DNA from: Perna viridis
Lineage: Eukaryota
NCBI GenBank assembly: GCA_037379345.1
Contig: CM074511.1
Coordinates: forward strand, 14,074,001-14,138,000
Length of the DNA: 64,000 nt
Direction: 5' to 3'
In this document: in pieces, positions 29,031 through 40,400 of the stretch
Layout of the letters: each line of letters begins with the position of its first letter
How positions within the stretch are numbered: position 1 is the stretch's first letter
Made by a program: the position numbers and the translations under genes
The notes under the pieces: model-generated
Told to the model about the DNA's origin: nothing
Seen by the model: only the letters and a program-made list of their open reading frames with translations
Databases searched by the model: none

Positions 29031-31017
29031 GTAAGTTCAATTAGCACAATAGTTGAAATAATTGATGTTGGATCATTGACAAAGATTCCGTTAAAAGTTC
29101 TATGGCGGTAGTAATGATTGGTGGTGATTTACAAATGATGATTTAGTTATGTTGGAAGGAATGTTACTTATCTGTAAACAAAGTTCAACTTTTGAAAATA
29201 AGGGAAGACTATAAATTCTTGATCTTTGACTTATGAAATTCAAGGTTCCTCTTAGTCAAGTTCAACTGAACTATAAGCAGAGCAGTGCCTTTAAGGATTC
29301 ACTTTAGTTTGCATTGATACACATTACCAATAGATGGCTTTATGTATAATTGTTCAGAATTCACTGTTCAAATAATAATAGGCAGATATAATGCATTATT
29401 GTAAAAATTACAAAATGTTAGGTAAAGATATCTGTATTATTGTCATTATTGGCCCTTTTGGAGAAATTCTGACAACCCTATTGTGTTTAGGACAGTAGAA
29501 GTTGTTCAGATTGATGTTTTTGAGAAAAAGATAGGACATTTTATTATAATGGAGGTCAGTCTACGTAGTAATTGAACTTCAGGTTATGTGATCTCTTATA
29601 TCGGTTTGCCAGCCTATTGAAACTTATAGTGTAGTGACTTTAGGTGACTGGCTGGTTATACCAAACTTGTTATTATTGTTATTGTAAACAAAGGGATACA
29701 ATTAAAAAAGGGTAGTTCAACATTACTGATTGTATAATACAAAAAAAGTAGAGGTGATTGTGTTGAATAATGTGCAGGACACATTTTTTTAAGTACATTC
29801 CTCTGTGTGTTTTTCAGATTTCAGAATTGCAAACGCTTAAAATATAGAACAAGGTCAGTTAAAATGATATTGTATTCCTTATTTTCTCAGCTTAAAATTT
29901 TAAAACATGTTGAATAAGAATTTCATAATCATATTAAATAAAACTTGGTGTTTGTGCCACTTCAGCAAATTTAAATAAACTCTATGAGAGAGGGTTCAGT
30001 GGATTATGAATTGGCTTGGTGAACCGACTTTTGATAACAAGATTGTCATCTCACCGAATATGACCTCAAGTGTTCTGCTCGATTTAATATCATTATTTTG
30101 ACTAAGGTTTAAATAGACCTATTTTACACCTGGATGTAACTTGTATATCTAGATAAGTATATAATCATAAGGTAATTATGGTATTATCTTGTCTATTTCA
30201 TAACATTAAGCTTGTTCATTTAAGGGCAGGACCACCATTTTCAAGGTCTGATAATTTTGTTTGTTTATTTGAACTTGATATTGAGATTGTGAAGCAATCA
30301 CCTGTTTTAATTAAAACACTTCCTTTTGATGTTCCTTTGAGGGAAACATAAACAGGTGCTTACAATTTATGTCAATTTTATATGCATTATTTCTGCAATT
30401 TTGATGCAACATTTAGAAATTGATAGCCGGTACTAATGGGTGCAATCATGTATTTGGTTTGCACCATCAGAAATGATCTGAATTTCATTTATCATAAAAT
30501 CGGCAGATGATATCCCCTTGTAACGAAGTACAGATTTCTATGACCCATCACTTTCTATTTAATTTCATGTAATGCACTTGAGCATTTTTGATACCTGAGT
30601 AAGCTAACTGGATACTGTGTTACAAATTGGAAATAAGAAATCTTTATTTCTGGCAAGGTCAGTATGATATATTCAGTAACTTAATACTTTCCTATTTGTA
30701 TGTACTGTTTGAAGTGGATTTTGACACGTAAATGGCACTTTTTTTCCCTTACACTGTAACTTAAACTTGAAATGTTTTCAACGCTATATCTTTATACATC
30801 ATACAGTGCATATTTTCAAAGCTAGTTTGCCTGTTCTGAGAAAACATGTTTTTTTTTCTTTATTTTTTAATAATTTAATTTCAGAAATAACACACTTCCT
30901 GATTGGATAAAAAATGTGTCCAACATCTCATAGACCAAATTTTGTAGTGTGACATTGACGTCATCAACTTTTTTTGATAGTTTACTTGTTAAATTTTTAT
31001 ATTTGAATTAATTTATT

Positions 31018-31141
31018 AGGAATGACTGTTATGATTTTTTAGTATATTTGAAATCATCTCAATGCCCATGATGCTACACAGGTTGTTTAGTGTGCAACAT
31101 GTGATTGAGGTTATAGACCAAGAAATATAACAGTCATTCCT
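31018..31141. mobile_element. Small foldback element / MITE with a perfect 15-bp inverted repeat
   Basis: aggaatgactgttat (31018-31032) pairs with ataacagtcattcct (31127-31141), followed by taa. Confidence 0.65.
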
Positions 31142-33522
31142 TAATTAGTTTTACTGTCACTATCCCCCACGAGGGCACCGAAATTTAAATATTCAATGAG
31201 CAATATTGACCACAATTTACATTCCAAGATTCAAATAAGGGGTGCATTAGATTTGTTTTGCATAAAAAAGCCAGAAAACAACACTTTCATGAATTTGAGG
31301 GCCCTGAAATGGTTTTCTTGGTTGCTGAGGACTATTTCATGCATTAAAACCTCCATGGACATTTTCAAAAGTTGGCAGGTATGAGTACAAGAATGAATAT
31401 TCAATTGTATAATTAGTGTACATGTACTATATTAGAGAGAGAGACCATTACATGATGTAGGAGATTTGGCCTCTTTAGGTTTTACAGTGTCAGAAACATA
31501 TATACTTTTTATTGTGCAAGGATGAGTAACAAATGTTTTCTGAATAACTAATTTAATGCTAAGTAGTTGAGTTCAAATTTCATATTAAATTGTGCTTGTG
31601 AAGAAGCCTTTGATGATAAAAGTACAGCTATATTCTCCTAATCAGCTTTAACTTGATAAGAAAAGATATGACAAGTTTCTATTTCTTAACATGACAAAGA
31701 GATGATTAAGTCTCCTTTTATAGGCGGAACAAGCATGGATTTTCCTATAATTTATTGAGAAAATTATAGTTCTGTAAATACCTTTATTAGTAAATTGATT
31801 TCCTTTTATCAAGCGCCATAAATCGCCACCACACTGTTTTCAGTAGGTGGAGAGATGATATCTATAAATAGGTAATATGAGATGAAAGAACAATCTAAAT
31901 ATATTGGTTACAATTAACATATGGTATTGTCGTTTTGCCTTCTGTATATGTGATTCATTCATCCTTTTTTTTTTTTACCTGTCCACAATAAAGACAGGTA
32001 ATTGTTAGCCCCTTCTTTTGAGTCAGATCAAAACAATTACTTTGTAATCATTAATAGATAGTTTTCATCGATTACTTGTCAAGTGTTGGTAAAATTGACA
32101 CTTAGTCTCAATGCAATATGATATTATTATCGCTGCAATATTACTTGACGTTTTGAGAAAATATCGTTGTAAATATGAACATAAATATTGTAAATATAGC
32201 TGTGTATTGTTGTTGTAGAGAATAGCTTTATGGGACTTCTAATTGGAAGGGCGACAGGTAACTACCGTTTGGCATGCAATTTTCGTTGCTTTGGTACAGG
32301 ATATTGGAAAAACGATCTCCGATGATATTGTAGAGAAACCCAGTACAAAATTGGAGCAATCAACTAAGATTATTAAACTTTTAAGGACAATGCATTGTTT
32401 TTAGATCAGTAACGCACCATTGTTTGAGGAAATATTGTACTTGATTATTTCTCAGGAAGTGTAAACAATATCAATCTTGGAAATTTCATCTCAGATTACA
32501 TTAGGAATAGCTAGGATTCTATGATATGAATACCGATTAACTTTTGAGTGCCTCCAATACTTCATATGGGAATAACTTATTTTTATTTTTCCTCAAATTG
32601 ATTCACAGCAGGGAGGCCAAGACCTCAATTAATCAGCTAGTAATTTTGGGCTTCCTGTTTTTCGTTGTTTTAACAGGATACAACCCTCGACAAAACTGAA
32701 GATGGTGATTGCCATAAACTGAACTTTCAGTAAAAACGGATGTTAAGTTTATGGTATCTTGCTCTAAGGGGAATTTAGCCTACATATAGGCATGATATAG
32801 TGTATATTACTTCAACAGAAGGGTAAGGTCTTATTAAAAAGCTTTCAGACTCTAAATCTTAATCCATTTATTTATATCAAAAGTCAGAGCTTAAAATTCA
32901 AACTTTAAAGTGATTTACTTTATAGAATTGAATACTATTTCTTAAATGTAGAACTGAAAGCAAGATTTGTGTAGATATAATATAAACAACATTTCAGTTG
33001 TAGATTGGAGATCTATGTTAGAAGTATAAGCTTCTGATTTTTTATCCAACTTTTAAAGAAATATATTAAGAAATTTTATCTGTTTTTGTTTGTAAATTTG
33101 TCTCCTTTATCTTTTGCCTCTTTTGAAGTAACAGAAATTCATCTTGCTGATATCATAGAAACAGTGAAGTACTGCATGGTTTATGTAGAAAATAGTACTA
33201 CTTAAAAATCAGAAAACGATAAAAAATGCCCCCCCCCCCCCTCAAATATTTTCAAAATAAATATTTTTGATTTTTACTCTGAAATTATTACTGTACACCA
33301 ACTTATTTTTGTGAGCCATTTATTTTGCTTATTTTGCAAGAATGAAAAAAATCACGAAAATAAATTGTCTGAAATATGTCCCTTCATTATAGACCTACAT
33401 ATAAAAAAGGGTGATAGTCATGAAAATTGATTTGATAGCCTGAAATGCAATAAAAAAAAAACTTTTAGAATAGTCTGTTCATGGTAAGTTTTAGGTTTAT
33501 TTTAGAGATCATTACAAGGTTT

Positions 33523-34709
33523 CCAGTACCAAGATAAGCACTTCGAAACCCTACCCCTAGACTGAAGTATACCAGTACCAAGATAAACACTTCCAGACCT
33601 TACCCCTAGACTGGTGTACCAGTACCAAGATAAGTACTTCCAAACCCTACCCCTACACCGATGTTCCAATACCAAGATAAGCACTTTCAAACCTTACCCC
33701 TAGACTGATGTTCCAGTACCAAGATAAACATTTCCAAACCCTACCCCTAGACTGATGCTCCAGTACCAAGATAAGCACTTCCAAACCCTACCCCTAGACT
33801 GGTGTACCAGTACCAAGATAAGCACTTCCAAACCTTACCCCTAGGCTGGTGTACCAGTACCAAGATAAGCACTTCCTTACCAAACCCTACCCCTAGACTG
33901 ATGTACCAGTACCAAGATAAGCACTTCCAAACCCTACCCCTAGACTGGTGTACCAGTACCAAGATAAGCACTTCCAAACCCTACCCCTAGACTGGTGTAC
34001 CAGTACCAAGATAAGCACTTCCAAACCCTACCCCTAGACTGATGTTCCAGTACCAAGATAAGCACTTCCAAACCCTACCCCTAGACTGATGTTCCAGTAC
34101 CAAGATAAACACTTCCAAACCCTACCCCTAGACTGATGTACCAGTACCAAGATAAGCACTTCCAAACCCTACCCCTAGACTGATGTTCCAGTACCAAGAT
34201 AAGCACTTCCAAACCCTACCCCTAGACTGGTGTACCAGTACCAAGATAAGCACTTCCAAACCCTACCCCTAGACTGGTGTACCAGTACCAAGATAAGCAC
34301 TTCCTTACCAAACCCTACCCCTAGACTTGTGTACCAGTACCAAGATAAGCACTTCCAAACCCTACCCCTAGACTGGTGTACCAGTACCAAGATAAGCACT
34401 TCCAAACCCTACCCCTAGACTGGTGTACCAGTACCAAGATAAGCACTTCCAAACCCTACCCCTAGACTGGTGTACCAGTACCAAGATAAACACTTCCAAA
34501 CCTTACCCTTAGACTGGTGTACCAGTACCAAGATAAGCACTTCCAAACCCTACCCCTAGACTGGTGTACCAGTACCAAGATAAGCACTTCCAAGCCCTAC
34601 CCCTAGACTGGTGTACCAGTACCAAGATAAGCACTTCCTTACCAAACCCTACCCCTAGACTGGTGTACCAGTACCAAGATAAGCACTTCCTTACCATACC
34701 CCTAGACTG
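33523..34709. repeat. Minisatellite, 47-bp unit (52-bp variant with +CTTAC), about 25 copies
   Basis: Unit ccagtaccaagataagcacttccaaaccctacccctagactggtgta. It explains the six repetitive ORFs between 33502 and 34697. Confidence 0.98.
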
Positions 34710-35558
34710 TCATTATACTTGTCTTAATTAACACAATACACAATCATTAAATCAGGATTATACCTTTTTTTCTTCTAAATCCCTTAAATAATCAATTTTT
34801 CATCAAGTAATAGACAGCCATTCTTAGAAAAATCTCTGTGAATTATTGGTGATTACATGTAAATTCAATTACAGAGTGTGTTTTTGGTGTTCTTAACTAA
34901 ATTAACCATTTTGTACTATAATAGGCTAACACAGCTAGAAGCATTTTAATTTGTGAAGGTTGTTAAAATCTTTTCAGAACTTCTCTGATAGTATAACAGT
35001 TTTTTTCTTTTATTGATGAAAAATCTTTTTTTTCCGCCTGTGATCTTATTTTTTTTTTCAAATTTAACCTCCATATGGACTCAGCTGAACTTATTGGAAC
35101 TAGGAAAAATAATCTCAATATAAAAAAAATGATGATGGGGAATATAATTTTAATAGATGCATAACATTTAATATTTGGACTAATTGCAGTGGTGCAGTGT
35201 TGAAAATGTTGTTAAAAGAGATTGAGTAAAGTAAAGCACGTTTTTAAATCTGATTACAAAGAAATTTTCATAAATATTTGAAATTGATATGGATTATAAT
35301 TTTATTTAAAATCTCTCCTGTGATGAGTAAAAACAAATGTAAACAAACATTTAATCAGGTCTAGTTAATTGAGTCCTTTTACACTTGTGTTCTGGTAATA
35401 GTAGGCGAGCTTATATGAGCTTGGTTCCAAGGCTAGGCTAGTTGAAAAGTACACATTGAAAAGTACACATGTGCATTCATTTCCTCATCTTCAGTTTTTT
35501 GTGTGTGATTGTATTTTATTCTGTTCACTACATTCTGTATGTAGATTTCTCTGTTTCA

Positions 35559-35855
35559 TGTTTCCAGGTTTCAGTCATGTCTTTGTTTCCAGGTTTTGGT
35601 CATGTCTTTGTTTCCAGGTTTCGGTCATGTCTTTGTTTCCAGGTTTCAATCATGTCTTTGTTTCCAGGTTTCGGTCATGTCTTTGTTTCCAGGTTTCCGT
35701 CATATATTTGTTTCCAGTTTTCAGTCACGTCTTTGTTTCCAGGTTTCGGTCATGTACTTGTTTCCAGGTTTCGGTCATGTCTTTGTTTCCAGGTTTCGAT
35801 CATGTCTTTGTTTCCAGGTTTCGATCATGTCTTTGTTTCCAGGTTTTGGTCATGT
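35559..35855. repeat. Minisatellite, 25-bp unit, about 12 copies
   Basis: Unit tgtttccaggtttcggtcatgtctt. It has no stop codon in the three + frames, which explains the ORFs at 35456-35942. Confidence 0.97.
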
Positions 35856-35886
35856 ATTCTTATGTATCTACTTGTGAAGTACATAT

Positions 35887-36069
35887 TACTGTGTAGTGGG
35901 CTACCAATTTTCATGGATTTCAGGGGCAAGGTAAACCATTAAATTTGAATTCCAATGAAAAGGAATTTTTACTTAAAATCGTATGACAGTATCTTCAATA
36001 ATCCATGAATTGTGCTTTTCACTTAAACAAAGAAAATTGATACTCACGAATATAAGTACTTTCACAGTA
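35887..36069. mobile_element. MITE with TACTGTG...CACAGTA ends
   Basis: 7-bp TIR tactgtg/cacagta, with internal ttcatggatt / aatccatgaa inverted motifs. Confidence 0.55.
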
Positions 36070-36109
36070 AATACCGCTGAGATTTTGAAGCTGAATCTAA
36101 GGTTATACA

Positions 36110-36627
36110 GACCCGTGCAGGTCCGGGTGTCAAAAGAATAGGCCTGCAGCAGCGCTAAGCTTGTCGTAAAAAGAGACTAAATACTGCTCAGAACCATAGC
36201 CAGAGGCTAGGGCGCTCTGCCCATAGAGCAACTGGGTTGTGTGCCCCAGGTGGTGGAATGGGGTTCCCCTGGTGTGTTACATGCTTGGGTTGTCAGACTA
36301 TAATATGAAAAACCTGACCGCAAACCACACGGTGTTGGGAAAGATGCCACATTCCTCGCACATTAAAAAACCCTACTGTGGTATTTTCCCGGAGTAGGAA
36401 CCATAGGGCTCTGCCACCCGGAGGCTAAATTGCCCGACCCTACCTACCTCTCCCTATTTCCAGTGGCAATCAAAATTTCTCAACCCCATTATCCTTGTGT
36501 CCCATCCCATTTTTCATTTCATTATCATTTCATGTTCATTTTATCATCCATTTCATGTTCATCGCCTGAATATAGCTGAAATATTGCTGCTCGGGCATTA
36601 AACCCCAATAAACAAACAAAAACAAAA
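36110..36627 (+). mobile_element. SINE-like non-autonomous retroposon, 518 bp, with 13-bp TSD
   Basis: TSD ctaaggttataca at 36097-36109 and 36628-36640. The body is GC/CpG-rich. The 3' tail cgcctgaatatagctgaaatattgctgctcgggcattaaacccc is followed by an (AAAC)n-type A-rich tail. Confidence 0.88.
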
Positions 36628-37589
36628 CTAAGGTTATACAATAGAATATTGGTTTAAAGTACATTACTACAAAACATAAATGTCTGCTATACTTTAGCTA
36701 TGGATTGTAATATCTCATTTTACCTCATTTATTTATCAAGATCACAGGTTTTTATTTCTATGAATTTTTTTTTAGACTATAACTGCTTTACAGGTGTTTT
36801 TTTATTTTTCCTTCTAAATACCAATGCTTCAGTGTTAAATTGCTTGTTGCCACTTCTAAATCAGTTTTTTAGTAATAGGAGGCAGTACTTTCTTCTGTTT
36901 TAATTTAGGCAGGAAATTGAAATTCCAATTCATTTTTGACAAGGCCCCTAGGAGACCGACAGATCAGGTTTTCCTATTAGAAAGATGTGATGTTCCTCAA
37001 GTTACGTCTAGACAGCTTTTAGGACTCTGATGAAAAAAGTTAGAAACTGTTTTGTTTCCTAGTAGGCTGATAAACACTTTCATCAGTTACAGAGTGGAGA
37101 GGTGAAATGAGAAAATTCATTGAAAAAAATCGATGTGATTTTATATTTTGATCCACTTTCAAGTTTTGTGTAGATTGTTTGTGAAGCCATAATGTCAATT
37201 TGCCATAGGCAGGAAGAGTGGTCTCTCAATATGTTTTATGCTTCATATTAAAGCGTAAACAGAATTTTTTTTAAGATGGCCTATGAAACCATCATTTACT
37301 TTTTGAGGTTCCTGAATTTTAACTTATTTTTCTTCAGGTAGTCTTTTAATTTTTTTATTTATTTTGATGCCTTGGGGTAAAATATATTAGCATACTATGC
37401 TAAAACACTCCTTTTCATAGGAAATGCATTGTATTAAAGGGACTTTCCAGTCATATTCGTTATATATTGATGCGTGCACATTATAGAATTTTACCAGCAA
37501 GGAAATACAAACCATACATATAATCTATATAAGTAGGAAGTTTGATGACCTTTACAAATTGGTTACCACTCCACACATCTTAAGTAACA

Positions 37590-38390
37590 GTTAAGGTTAA
37601 AAGTGTTCTTTCCATGAATGTCTTATAAGGAAGTATGGTGATGACCTATTCTTATGCTAATTGTACATTTGGCGCAATACCAAACTTGTAACAGTGTTCG
37701 TCTTAAGACTTTGTGGTTCAACATTGTTTTATTGCTCACTTTATTGGTATGGTCATTTTCTGTTGCTATGTGAGGTAATTAAATCTGTTAGATATGTTAA
37801 AATTTGTGTATACTTAAAATGTAATGATATTTCTGGATGGTCATCGTGTTTGAAATGTGTCCTCATGTTTATCAAATACATGATAATTCTTTTTAGTTAT
37901 TATGCATTAAGGACTGTAGTTGTTTTTTTTTTTTTCTGTGGATGAATGATCGAGAAAGATGTTTTTTTATTTCTGTAACAAATTCAATATTGCTTGCCAG
38001 CAGGCTGCTATATAGATGTGTTGGCATTAAAAGTTGAGGTTAGAAGTGTCTATATATCTTGAGTGTCTTATTTTAAGGAAGTATGGTGATGACTTGTATC
38101 TATTCTGATACTAATCATGTGACGGTGTTTATCGTGTGGTACAATATTTGCTTAATTTGGTACTTTTTGCTACTTCTTTTGGTTTTTTATTACTTGAAGT
38201 TAAACTTTCTGTTAATAAGTTGAAATTTTTATATGCTTACAAGATTTGTGAGATAATGGTGTTTTCATGATGACCATATTTGAAAAATGTCCTCGTTTTT
38301 ATCAAATACATGATAATTCTTTTTAGGTATTGTACATTAAGTTTTTTTATGGATGAAATAGAGCAAGCTGGAGTTCTTTATTTCTGTTAG
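37590..38390. repeat. Old, diverged tandem duplication, period ~430-450 bp
   Basis: Identical blocks taaggaagtatggtgatgac (37626 and 38074) and tttatcaaatacatgataattctttttag (37868 and 38298), with colinear weaker similarity between them. Confidence 0.85.
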
Positions 38391-39883
38391 TTTCAATCAG
38401 TAAATTGTTACCATGCCTCACTCTATGCCATCTGCTACTTTCATCAGGTTTTTTAAAGACCTTGACCACCCTTTCAGGTCTTGTACCATATATGTAGGTG
38501 TTAAGGGTTAGTAGAACCAACTGTTGTTTGAGTCAAAGCCCACCCCTTTGCTTAAACCTTACTGAAAACTTGGCTCAGAGTATGGTCTACTATGGCTACT
38601 ACACTGACATTGGTATGATGGCATTTTCCCACTCTGTCTGTCTTGTCTGTCTTGGATGTCGACCAGTAGTGATGCCAGATGCCTATAAATCTAAATTAAA
38701 TGCTACATACTATATACAGGACAGACCAGCATGCATGATATGGTTGTGATATAAAATATTCATGGTTGTCTATTTGTTTTATGAACCCTTGTTCTGACCA
38801 GAATCAATATTTGTGACCCTTTGTTATTTCCCACAGATAGATTTTTTTTCTACAGACTTGTATGAATTTTGTCCACAAATAATGTTTATTCGACAAGATT
38901 GCTATCTATTAATTGGAAAAAAGTAACTTAGTCCATACATATGTCACACTTAGAAATAGCCACTACTGTGATAGATTGAATGTTGAGAAATATTGGGGAA
39001 AGTTTTGTCCTGCTGATTAGCTGTTATAGCATTGTGTACACTGACACAAGTGATTATTGAGGAATTGGATAATAATTGAATGTTTGCTTAATCACCAGAC
39101 ATTAGGAATATATTGGATGATTTTTTTAGCCCAGTCATTTTTCCCTTGTCCATCTCTTGTCAGAAGAAATTGCATTTTGATAATGACATCCTTCAATGGA
39201 GACTGGGTTGGTTTGATTACAATTCGAAAAAGAGATTGCTTGGATAAAAGTTTTTTGGTAGAATTATTACCATGAATTGCTTGTTATATCAAGTAAAATA
39301 GATTTTCAGAATATCCTCCCCACATTTTTCATGTTTTTGTCTACAGTCTATATTAAAACAGTTGTAATTCTTCAATATATGTTATTTTTATTCCCAAGTA
39401 GTAATTCATTTACATAACGGTCCATATTTACTGAAAATTGAATACTATAAGGCTTCTCATGTCCAGCAAGTTTTAAAAAACAAATTGCTTGCAAATCTTT
39501 CTTTTGTCAATTTGGAAAGAATTTTGGAAATACATTACTGAAAAAACTAAACAATTATGAAAGAACTGGAAACTAATTGACGAAGAACAAAGTCTTCATT
39601 GAACAGTTCATTTGTTTCATATACAGCAAACAAAACTTGTTCTGTATCAGTAATATTCTTGGATGTTGTCTAATGAAATATTCAATGGTATTTATTTTGT
39701 GGTTTTGTAGGAATAATAGATGTTTTTTTGTACGTAAATTATTTATTTTTTACATATTTTTTTATTTTTGGCTTATTGTCTTTACTGCAAAACATATGAC
39801 ACATTATACATTTGACTGTAATGGAAAAAACTCTTCAATGCAGAATCTATCATCATTGTGGTCATGTGATTACATTTTGTCAA

Positions 39884-40400
39884 TTTTTTTCTCACCTGCA
39901 ACAAAAGTCACAGAAGGCAAGACTTAGGTTTTGCTTTTCCGACAACAGTGTTGGTGATGGCGGCATCCACAAACTTAATGTTAAGTTTTTTGATAAGTTC
40001 ATTTCAACATGAACCCCTTATGCTAGGTCAATGATATTTGGTGCACAGATGCATTACCATCTTTGCATCACAGATCCATGCCAATTTTATGCATATACCC
40101 TCACAGTCATGGTCTGTTGACTTAGAAAATTCAATTTTTTATGTTAAGTTTAATGACAAGTTCACTTAAACTTGAACCCCTTATGCTAAATCAATGATAT
40201 TTGGTATACAGATGTATTGCCATCATATTCCCTTGCAGTCTAGTGCATTTTTTAGTGGTAACACAAAAATGATAATTTTATAATTTCATATTATTATTCA
40301 AAATATGAAAGCAATACCAAAAAATTTTTTTAAAAACACACCCTTATATCAAGAATATTGGACATGTGAGACTTGTATCTGCTGTGATAACAGTTTATTT
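39884..40400 (+). mobile_element. Helentron-type non-autonomous element with internal ~163-bp tandem repeat
   Basis: T-run start; subTIR tctcacctg (39890) with nearby inverted partner aggcaaga (39915); ggtgatggcggc microsatellite remnant; two core repeats starting atgttaagttt at 39978 and 40141; 3' subTIR catgtgaga (40363); terminal hairpin ctgt-gata-acag (40382-40393); T-rich end. Confidence 0.7.

Noticed and set aside
33502-34697. Six repetitive ORFs on both strands
   Set aside because: They are translations of the 47-bp minisatellite; the unit is not a multiple of three and there is no splice or homology support.
35456-35942. Three overlapping ORFs of 93-157 aa
   Set aside because: They arise from a stop-free 25-bp tandem repeat read in all three frames.
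36110-36187. Assignment to a known ribozyme class (HDV-like or pistol)
   Set aside because: The helix order does not fit HDV (no P3/L3 or P1.1 elements), and the pistol P2 strand between the A-rich linker and the pseudoknot is absent. It is kept only as an unclassified structured RNA candidate.
36190-36260. tRNA gene
   Set aside because: Only an A-box-like stretch is present; there is no valid T-arm GTTCRA and no cloverleaf.
37638-38200. Tandem C/D-box snoRNAs (GTGATGA box C in both duplicated copies)
   Set aside because: There is no box D (CTGA) at a suitable distance in both copies and no terminal stem.
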